A stretch of DNA of 64,000 nt from Candidatus Omnitrophota bacterium (GTDB lineage: Bacteria; Omnitrophota; Gorgyraeia; Gygaellales; Profunditerraquicolaceae). Below are positions 18,555-26,105 of this stretch, in pieces (positions within the stretch are counted from its first letter, which is position 1; the number at the start of each line of letters is the position of its first letter). The stretch covers positions 673 through 64,672 of the forward strand of contig VGKG01000003.1 in assembly GCA_016867115.1 (NCBI GenBank), read 5' to 3'. The notes beneath the pieces were generated by a model. The model ran no database searches. It saw only the letters and a list, made by a program, of their open reading frames with translations, and was not told the DNA's origin. The translations under genes were made by a program, and so were the position numbers.

Positions 18555-19328
18555 ATGGAGGATTTAAAAGGTAAAGTAGCCATAGTCACCGGTGCCAGCC
18601 GCGGGATAGGTAAGGCGCTTGCCTCTACCGCCGCAAGTTTAGGGATTAATCTAGCCATTGCCGCGCGCCAGGAAGGGCCGTTAAAAGAGACCGCGGATGA
18701 GATCGCCAAAAAATATAAGGTCGAGGTCCTGGCTGTACCCTGCGACGTGACGAAGCTGGGTGATCTTGAGAACCTGGTCAATAAGACCAGGGAAAGATTC
18801 GGCAAAATAGATATCCTGATCAATAATGCCGGAGTCTCCAGCCAGTACCCCTTTGACAAGCAGCCGTTAGAGGACTTTGAGAAGCTGGCGCACACGAATT
18901 ACTTAGGCTATGTGCGGCTCATCCGCCTGGTGATCAACGAGATGGTCGAAAGAAAATCCGGGGCCATCATCAATATGGTCTCAGGCTCGACCCTTTGCGA
19001 TCCCCTGCCCAGGAACTTTATCGTCTATAGTTCCTTAAAGGTGGGGCTGCGAGCTTTTTCTAAAGGCCTCTTCTGGGAGCTGCGCGACCACGGGATCAAG
19101 GTCACCTCGATCCTGCCCGGGGTAACGGATACGGACCTGACCGGAAAATTAAGCGAGATCACTGCCGATGCCGGGCGCCTGATGACTACCGAGGCGATCG
19201 AGAATGCGGTGAGGTTTGCCCTGACTGTCCCGGCAAATGTCTGTCCGTTAGAGATTGCGGTGATCAACCAGCAGACGCCCTGGACTGCGCCTGTAATCCC
19301 CTATAAACAAGCTCACCCGGAGAAATAA
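18555..19328 (+). CDS. SDR family oxidoreductase
   Basis: TGASRGIG, INNAG, YSSLK (YxxxK). Confidence 0.9.
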   Translation: MEDLKGKVAIVTGASRGIGKALASTAASLGINLAIAARQEGPLKETADEIAKKYKVEVLAVPCDVTKLGDLENLVNKTRERFGKIDILINNAGVSSQYPFDKQPLEDFEKLAHTNYLGYVRLIRLVINEMVERKSGAIINMVSGSTLCDPLPRNFIVYSSLKVGLRAFSKGLFWELRDHGIKVTSILPGVTDTDLTGKLSEITADAGRLMTTEAIENAVRFALTVPANVCPLEIAVINQQTPWTAPVIPYKQAHPEK

Positions 19329-19330
19329 CG

Positions 19331-19750
19331 ATGGATAAGCGCGACCTGAAGAACTTAAAAAAGAGGTACCTGGTCTGGCTCTATAAGAACACCAAAGAGG
19401 CCTTTGACCGGTATGAGCGTAAGTTCACCCAGTTAGATATTGATAAGTTTATGCTCGCGGAGATGGAGAAGGAGGTAGAAAGCTCCTTCATGCCTGCCGA
19501 GCTTGAAGGAGTGGCTAAGTTTATCGAAGACTTCCGCAATTACATCGAAGAAAAAGAAAAATCCTGCCTTGAGCTCAAATATCAGGATAAGAAGATCAAT
19601 CCCGAGTTCCTTTTCCTGGATATGAAACTGAGGGCCGTAGAGAAGGCGATTCAGAGCGAGCTGGGGAGTAAAGCCCTGGATGAGATAAAGGAGCTTTACC
19701 AGCAGGAGATGCTTAAAAGGATCATGACTGAGCGCGAAGAAAAACGTTAA
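19331..19750 (+). CDS. Hypothetical charged helical protein
   Basis: Tightly coupled ORF in the operon; no recognisable motif. Confidence 0.65.
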   Translation: MDKRDLKNLKKRYLVWLYKNTKEAFDRYERKFTQLDIDKFMLAEMEKEVESSFMPAELEGVAKFIEDFRNYIEEKEKSCLELKYQDKKINPEFLFLDMKLRAVEKAIQSELGSKALDEIKELYQQEMLKRIMTEREEKR

Positions 19751-20562
19751 TGGCGACAACTAAAGCAGCCTATCAAATCTTTATTCTTCTTGCGCTTATC
19801 GCTGGCATCATCATGTATTTTAGATTCATTGAGCGCCGCACCCTCTTTTTCCCGGCCAAGGAGTTTGATTATACGCCGGCAGCCCTTAAGCTGGAATACG
19901 AAGAAGTAAGTTTTAAGACCAAAGATAATGTAGAGATCAATGCCTGGTTTGTTCCGGCCAGGGATGCTAAGTTTACCGTGCTCTTTGCTCACGGCAATGC
20001 CGGAAATATCAGCCACCGCGTGGAAAAGATCGATTTTTTCCATGAGTTAGGTTTGAATGTCCTGATCTTTGATTACCGGGGATATGGCAAGAGCAGGGGT
20101 TCGCCTTCTGAAAAGGGTTTATATAAAGATGCCCAGGCTTCCTATGAATATCTTTTATCGCGCGGCATTAAGCCGGATGAGATCATCGGCTACGGAGAGT
20201 CTATCGGAGGTGCGGTGATCATTGATCTTGGCTCAAGGAATAAACTGACAGCCCTGATCTCTGACAGCACGCCCAGCTCCGCAAAGGACATGGTCAGGAT
20301 CATTTATCCCTTTCTGCCTTACTGGGTGTTTTCTGTGCGCATGGACTCTTTGAGCAAGGTGAAAGCGATCCACTACCCTAAGCTTTTTATCCATAGCGTA
20401 AATGATGAGATCGTGCCTTTTAAATTAGGGAAGAAGCTTTTTGAATCCGCGCCCCTGCCTAAGGAATTCCTGCAGATCCACGGAGGGCACAACAGTTGCT
20501 TTTTTGAATCAGAGGATGTGTTAAAAGAAAAAGTCAGCGCTTTTCTAAAAGGGCTTAAATAA
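19750..20562 (+). CDS. Alpha/beta hydrolase (ABHD13/BEM46-like) with N-terminal anchor
   Basis: HGNAGNI, DYRGYGKS, GESIG nucleophile elbow, DEIVP, GGHN. Confidence 0.88.
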   Translation: MATTKAAYQIFILLALIAGIIMYFRFIERRTLFFPAKEFDYTPAALKLEYEEVSFKTKDNVEINAWFVPARDAKFTVLFAHGNAGNISHRVEKIDFFHELGLNVLIFDYRGYGKSRGSPSEKGLYKDAQASYEYLLSRGIKPDEIIGYGESIGGAVIIDLGSRNKLTALISDSTPSSAKDMVRIIYPFLPYWVFSVRMDSLSKVKAIHYPKLFIHSVNDEIVPFKLGKKLFESAPLPKEFLQIHGGHNSCFFESEDVLKEKVSAFLKGLK

Positions 20563-21479
20563 TGAAGATAATCGACGCCCACAGCCATTGGCTGCCGGAT
20601 GAGATCATCAATAACGCCCATTTTTTTCATAAGGGCTGGGCAGATATTGAGGCGCAGGTCAAGGCAATGCAGGAGGCAGGCATTGACCGGGCAGTCCTGA
20701 CTTATCCTACCTCGGATGCGCACTTAAAATTAGGCAGTATCAGCCTGGTAGCCAGGATCTATAATGATAATGTCGCTAAGATCCTTAAGCGCTATCCGGA
20801 TAAGTTTATCGGTGCGGCTATTATCCCGGTGGATAACGTTACGGGCATGGTGGATGAATTGCGCCGCGCCACGGAAGAGCTGGGATTTAAGGCGCTCTCT
20901 TTAGCCTCAAGCTACAACGGCAAATACCCGGATGATGCGATATTTATGCCTCTCTATAAAGAGGCGCAAGCAAAGAATATCCCGGTCTTTGTGCATTCGC
21001 AGATCGTCAACCCCATCGGTTTTGAACGGGTCAATGACCCCCTACTTACTCCGGTAGTCGAATACATCTTTGACATGACCATGTGTATCGGCAAGCTCTT
21101 AATGGCAGATATTTTTCGGGATTATCCTCAGCTGAAATTCATCTTTGCCAATTTCGGCGGGGCTACTGCATTCTTGCAGCACCGTTTTGACGCTACTTAC
21201 AATATGCTCAGGGGCATAAACTTTGTCAAAGACTTAAAGGGCCAGCCCACGCAGTTCTTAAAGAATATTTATGTGGATACCGGAGGCGACAGGATTAAGG
21301 CTAATTTTACGCTTGCCCTTGAACTCCTCGGGCCGCAGCATATTTTATGGGGCAGCGACTGGCCGGCAAAGAAGGATGTTGCATCGGGCATCAAAGTGGT
21401 AGAGGAACTAGGATTAAGCGAGCAGGATAAAGAGAATATTTTAGGTGGGAATATAGAGAGGTTGTTTACCGTTCTTTAA
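20562..21479 (+). CDS. Amidohydrolase_2 family protein (ACMSD/aromatic acid decarboxylase-like)
   Basis: IIDAHSH, PVFVH, LWGSDWP. Confidence 0.85.
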   Translation: MKIIDAHSHWLPDEIINNAHFFHKGWADIEAQVKAMQEAGIDRAVLTYPTSDAHLKLGSISLVARIYNDNVAKILKRYPDKFIGAAIIPVDNVTGMVDELRRATEELGFKALSLASSYNGKYPDDAIFMPLYKEAQAKNIPVFVHSQIVNPIGFERVNDPLLTPVVEYIFDMTMCIGKLLMADIFRDYPQLKFIFANFGGATAFLQHRFDATYNMLRGINFVKDLKGQPTQFLKNIYVDTGGDRIKANFTLALELLGPQHILWGSDWPAKKDVASGIKVVEELGLSEQDKENILGGNIERLFTVL

Positions 21480-21717
21480 TGCCCCTGTCGGTTTTCTCGC
21501 TCAGGTCGATTTTGCCCACAACTGCTTTTATACAGGGCACGCCAATGATCTTTCGCATTTCGGCGGCTGAAGAACTCGTCGCATTTGCTCTAGCAAATGC
21601 TCCTCAGGCAGCTTCAGCCGTGCCTGTTTTGTCGCTTCGCTCCACAGGCATTCCCTCAATGCTCAAGCTCCATTGGCTAAAATCGACATTCGCTCGAAAA
21701 TCCGCCAGGTGCATTTA
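21477..21717. repeat. Approx. 240-bp nested palindromic (MITE/REP-like) element
   Basis: Terminal imperfect IR TAATGCCCCTGTCGGTTTTC / GAAAATCCGCCAGGTGCATTTA; inner pairs GTCGATTTT/AAAATCGAC, GGCTGAAG/CTTCAGCC, GCATTTGCT/AGCAAATGC. Confidence 0.75.
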
Positions 21718-21730
21718 TGATATTTAACAA

Positions 21731-21909
21731 GTTTTAGAGTTTTGCTGGAGCGTGCATTAGAAAATTTTTGGCCACTCTATGACTTCAGTCTGCAAGGAAT
21801 TACGGTGAACGAAAGGCGGTAAGCTCACGTTAGCATCCAGCCCGAAAGTGAGCCGTAAACCGCAGCAGACGGCAAAAATTTTCAGCACGCGGAAGCAAAA
21901 CGCTAAAAC
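21731..21909 (+). repeat. Dispersed palindromic element, copy A
   Basis: Reverse complement matches 39755-39939; ends GTTTTAGAGTTTTGCT / AGCAAAACGCTAAAAC. Confidence 0.88.
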
Positions 21910-21943
21910 GATAGTTTGATGCATAATAAAAAGGAGAGAAGAA

Positions 21944-22693
21944 ATGCAGATGCAGAAGGATGTACATTTGACGGGAAAGGACCTGACCCAGATGGTGCAG
22001 TTGAGGCCCCAGGATGTGGGAGCTTATGCGATCGTGCCCGGGCCGCGCGACCGGCTGGATGTCTTGATTAAAAGAATCGAGAGCCCGGTAAAGAACTTTT
22101 CTTTTATGGAATACACCATGTATACCGGGACTTTCCAGGGAATAAAGGTCACCGGAATGAACGGCGGAAGATTCTCTACCGACACCTCCATTACTACCGA
22201 AGTGATGTGCAATGCCGGGATCAAGAATATCATCCGTATCGGCACCTGCGGGGCCTTGGATGAAAAGATGAAGGTCGGAGACCTCGTAGTAGTGGATAAG
22301 GTCCTCCGCGGCGACGGCGTGACTCCCTATTACGTAGATAAGGATTTCGTGACGACTGCGGATAAGCAGATCACGGATACTTTATGCGAGGTTTCCAAGG
22401 CCATGGGACTCTCTGTCTTGCGGGGCACAGTCTGGACTACGGATGCGCTTTTACGCGAGACGCGCGAGATCGTCGAGGCAAAGAGAAAAGAAGGCGCCAT
22501 TGCCGTGGATATGGTCTCCTCAACCCTGCTGACCCTGGCTCAGCTTTATCAGGTCAAGGCTGGATCGATCCTGGCGGTAAGCGACAATGTCATCACCGGA
22601 GAGATGGGTTTTATGAACCCGCTCTATTACATGGCAGAGACTAACCTGATCAATATTGCCCTTGAGACAGTGAAGAAACTGGAAGGAAAATGA
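21944..22693 (+). CDS. Nucleoside phosphorylase (PNP/UDP family 1)
   Basis: VPGPRDR, IIRIGTCG, GTVWTTDA..RE, AVDMVSS, VSDN. Confidence 0.85.
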   Translation: MQMQKDVHLTGKDLTQMVQLRPQDVGAYAIVPGPRDRLDVLIKRIESPVKNFSFMEYTMYTGTFQGIKVTGMNGGRFSTDTSITTEVMCNAGIKNIIRIGTCGALDEKMKVGDLVVVDKVLRGDGVTPYYVDKDFVTTADKQITDTLCEVSKAMGLSVLRGTVWTTDALLRETREIVEAKRKEGAIAVDMVSSTLLTLAQLYQVKAGSILAVSDNVITGEMGFMNPLYYMAETNLINIALETVKKLEGK

Positions 22694-23613
22694 AATACTC
22701 GCCCCTATTCTGGCCCATTGAGTTAAAGGGTAACGCTATTTGCATCCTGGATGAGACCAAATTGCCGCAGAGTCTTACCTATATAAAGGCGATTAATTAC
22801 CGGCAGGCCTGTAAGGCGATTAAAGAGATGAAGACGCGCGCCGTAGGCCAGGTCTTATTGGTAATGTACACCTTCCTTTTGGAGAGCCGCAAGAGAAATA
22901 CTCCTTTAAGCAAGGTGGCTGAGGCGATTAACGCTACCCGGCCGACCCTCTCTTTCAAATTCCTGACTGATATGGTCCTGGGATGGGGGAAGAGCGGTGC
23001 GCCGCTTGAAGATTCTATCAAAGGATTTTTAGGTGCGCTTAAAGAGGCGCGCATCCGTCAGGCGAAAGAGGCAAGCCATCTGCTGGAAGACGGCGATGCG
23101 GTCCTGACGCACTGCAATGTGAGCGGCCTTCTGCCCCTGATCGCAGAGTTCTGCAGACGCGATAAAAAGCGCATCAGCTTCTTTGTGACCGAAACCCGGC
23201 CGTATTTGCAGGGAACGCGGCTGACTGCGTGGGAGCTTAACCGGGCAAAGATAAATAACACTATCATCGCGGATAACATGGTGGCGCAGGTCATGTTTGA
23301 GAGAAAAATCAAGAAGGTCATTGTCGGAGCGGATAATCTGGCGCAGAACGGCGATATCGCTAATAAGATCGGCACCTATCAGATCGCCCTGCTGGCCAGG
23401 GATTTTAACATCCCGTTTTTTGTATTATGCCCTCCGCCGTCCGGCGCAGAGACAGGCTATGATATAGAGATCGAGGTCAGGCCTCCGAAAGAATTACTGG
23501 AGTTTCGCGGCAGGAGCCTTGCGCCAACAGGGGCAAAGGCATATTATCCGGCATTTGATATTACGCCTCATGAATTGATCACCAGGCATATTAACCTCAA
23601 TATTGTGCGATGA
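22690..23613 (+). CDS. MtnA-like ribose-1-phosphate isomerase (eIF-2B family)
   Basis: TRPT, LTHCN, ETRPYLQGTRLTAWEL, VGADN, NKIGTY, PAFDITP. Confidence 0.88.
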   Translation: MKYSPLFWPIELKGNAICILDETKLPQSLTYIKAINYRQACKAIKEMKTRAVGQVLLVMYTFLLESRKRNTPLSKVAEAINATRPTLSFKFLTDMVLGWGKSGAPLEDSIKGFLGALKEARIRQAKEASHLLEDGDAVLTHCNVSGLLPLIAEFCRRDKKRISFFVTETRPYLQGTRLTAWELNRAKINNTIIADNMVAQVMFERKIKKVIVGADNLAQNGDIANKIGTYQIALLARDFNIPFFVLCPPPSGAETGYDIEIEVRPPKELLEFRGRSLAPTGAKAYYPAFDITPHELITRHINLNIVR

Positions 23614-24605
23614 ATGAGCAGGAATTAAGAGAGCAGATCATCGGAGTAGGCAGAAGGCTTTATGATGCGGGCCTGGCAGTGGCTAAATCCGGAAATATCA
23701 GCTGCCGCCTGGATAAAGAGATTATCCTGATCACCACTACCGGCACTTTCTTAGGCGACCTAAAGGAAGATGATATTGTCAGATTTAATTTATCCACTTC
23801 TAAGCCTGAGGGAAGCAAAAGCCCCAGTTCAGAGCTTCCTCTGCACAGCCTGGTCTATAAAAACTTTCCTGCAAAAAACGTGATCCACGCTCATCCGCCG
23901 CTGGTCAATGCCTATTTTGCGGTGAATAATAGCTTAGAAGCGCTTACCTTTGAGACCAAGTTCTACCTGGGCGATATTCCGGTAGTGGCGCAGGATACTC
24001 CGACAGTGACTGATCCGGAAGCAGTGATCGCAGCCCTCAAGACGAACAACCTTGTTGTGCTGAAAAACCACGGCATAGTGGCGATCAGCGATAAATTTGA
24101 AGACGGGTTGGCCCTGATCGAGGCCCTGGAAGAGGCAGTCAGGACCGCAGCAGTAGCCAGGCTTTTTAAAAAGGAACCAAAAGATACGCTGGACTCGGCC
24201 TTAAAAGAGACTTTGACCAGGAATGATACTGCATATCCTATGTTTTCGCGCGAGCACATCCAAGCGATCGTGGAGCGGGTAAACAAGGATGATTTTGTAG
24301 GGCAAAAGGGCAAAGAGCTGGATCTGACTCTGCGCCTTGCGATAAAGCTCGACGGCACAGACGAAGGCTTCACCTTTAACTTTGAAAAGGGCAGGATCAC
24401 CAGGCTTGATTCCGGAGTTGATGCGCCTTTTATTGTCTCAGGGCCCCGGGATGTCTGGGAGCAGGTATTCCTGGGTAAAGTTGACTCATTTGTCGCGGTT
24501 ACTCAGGGAAAGATGAAGTTAGTGGGTCAACTCGGACAACTCTCCAAATGGTATGTGCCTTTTACCCGGGTATTCGAACATTTTAAACAGGTGAAATTCA
24601 AATGA
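23610..24605 (+). CDS. Class II aldolase/adducin domain fused to a C-terminal SCP2 sterol/lipid-binding-like domain
   Basis: SGNIS, PSSELPLH, HAH, LKNHG; C-terminus ...W..VFLGKVDSFVAVTQGKMKLVG is a typical SCP2 pattern. Confidence 0.8.
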   Translation: MNEQELREQIIGVGRRLYDAGLAVAKSGNISCRLDKEIILITTTGTFLGDLKEDDIVRFNLSTSKPEGSKSPSSELPLHSLVYKNFPAKNVIHAHPPLVNAYFAVNNSLEALTFETKFYLGDIPVVAQDTPTVTDPEAVIAALKTNNLVVLKNHGIVAISDKFEDGLALIEALEEAVRTAAVARLFKKEPKDTLDSALKETLTRNDTAYPMFSREHIQAIVERVNKDDFVGQKGKELDLTLRLAIKLDGTDEGFTFNFEKGRITRLDSGVDAPFIVSGPRDVWEQVFLGKVDSFVAVTQGKMKLVGQLGQLSKWYVPFTRVFEHFKQVKFK

Positions 24606-26092
24606 CCGCCAGGATTCTGATTAACGGAGATCTGGTTGAGACGGGCCTAAAGCAGGCAGTGATCAATCCCTCTACGGGCGGACCGATCACTGAGGTCTGT
24701 GTTGCTCAGGCCAGAGAGATAGAGATGGCTTTAGCTTCAGCGCGGCAAGCTTTTGACAAAGGCCCCTGGCCGGGACTTAGCCTCAAAGAGCGCAAAACCT
24801 GCCTTTTAAAGATCGCTCAGGGGATCTTAGAGAAAGCCGGAGAACTCGCAGATTTAGAGACCCTGAATACCGGAAAGCCGATCAAGGAATCCACCTTTAT
24901 GGATATTCCTTCAAGCGCAGAGACTTTCAAACATTTTGCCGGACATCTGGAAGAATACCTTGAAGAAGAGACGCTCAATATCCAGTCTCAGGTCTCAACT
25001 GCCAAGAGCCGGCTCGTGCGCGAGCCAAGGGGTGTAGTAGTCCTGATCGTGCCCTGGAATTATCCTTTATTGATCGCTTCCTGGAAGATGGCTCAAGCCC
25101 TGGCTGCGGGGAATACGGTGATCCTGAAGCCTTCCAGCCTCACTCCTTTGACGGCCCTGGAATTAGGAAAGATCATACTGGATGCCGGAATACCCGCGGG
25201 AGTAGTAAATATCCTTAACGGAAGCGGAGAAGTCCTGGGTGAAAAACTCTGTACAGACTCCCGAGTGGATATGGTCTCCTTTACCGGAAGTAACGAAGTG
25301 GGAAAGAAGATCATCAGCTACTGCGCCGCTTCCGCCAAAAAACTGGTCATGGAACTGGGGGGAAAATCCGCCGGGATCGTTTTGGAGGATGCGGACCTGG
25401 AATCAGCGGTGAACGGCTCGCTCTGTTCCATATTCTTAAACCAGGGTCAGATGTGCACTGCCATGTCGCGCATCTTTGTGCAAGAGGGGATCTTCGATAA
25501 GTTTGTCGCTGATTTTACTGATAAAGCCAAGCGCCTTAAGCTCGGCGAGGGTTCGGACTTTCAGACCCAGATGGGCCCGTTGATCTCTGAGGCACAGCGT
25601 AAACGCGTTTTATCCTATGTGGAGAAGGCTAAGAAAGACGGCGCAAAACTGCTCTGCGGCGGAAAGGTCCCGGATGAGGCAGGCCTTAAAAAGGGATTCT
25701 TCTTTGAGCCCGCTGTTTTTACGGAGATCAAACCACAGGCAGTTATTTTCAGGGAGGAGATCTTCGGTCCGGTAGCGATCATCAATAAGTTTTTCGGCTT
25801 CGAGGAAGCGGTCGAGCTTGCTAACAGCACGGAGTTTGGCCTGGCTGCCTGCATCTGGACAAAGGACCCGGTTAAGGCGAAGGATCTAGCTGGCCGCCTC
25901 AACGCCGGTACGGTCTGGGTGAATACTTACGGCATGTTTTTTAACGAACTTCCCTACGGCGGCTTTAAGCAGAGCGGTTTTGGCAAGGAGCTGGGCAGGG
26001 AGGGGTTCCTGGAATACACGCGCCTGAAGAATGTTTTAGAAGATGCCTCGGGCGAGGCCAGGCCAATCGTCAATTACTGGTACGGATTTTAA
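24602..26092 (+). CDS. Aldehyde dehydrogenase
   Basis: PWNYP, KPS, FTGS, ELGGKS, NQGQMC, EEIFGP, PYGGFKQSG. Confidence 0.95.
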   Translation: MTARILINGDLVETGLKQAVINPSTGGPITEVCVAQAREIEMALASARQAFDKGPWPGLSLKERKTCLLKIAQGILEKAGELADLETLNTGKPIKESTFMDIPSSAETFKHFAGHLEEYLEEETLNIQSQVSTAKSRLVREPRGVVVLIVPWNYPLLIASWKMAQALAAGNTVILKPSSLTPLTALELGKIILDAGIPAGVVNILNGSGEVLGEKLCTDSRVDMVSFTGSNEVGKKIISYCAASAKKLVMELGGKSAGIVLEDADLESAVNGSLCSIFLNQGQMCTAMSRIFVQEGIFDKFVADFTDKAKRLKLGEGSDFQTQMGPLISEAQRKRVLSYVEKAKKDGAKLLCGGKVPDEAGLKKGFFFEPAVFTEIKPQAVIFREEIFGPVAIINKFFGFEEAVELANSTEFGLAACIWTKDPVKAKDLAGRLNAGTVWVNTYGMFFNELPYGGFKQSGFGKELGREGFLEYTRLKNVLEDASGEARPIVNYWYGF

Positions 26093-26105
26093 GTGAGGAG
26101 AGAGC

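Noticed and set aside
18555-19328. SDR as an ActIII-type C9 ketoreductase
   Set aside because: Only generic SDR motifs were recognised; cannot be assigned without phylogeny
21479-21727. 82-aa ORF after the amidohydrolase
   Set aside because: Coincides with a nested palindromic element and shows no protein motif; treated as non-coding, although the TAATG overlap means translation is not excluded
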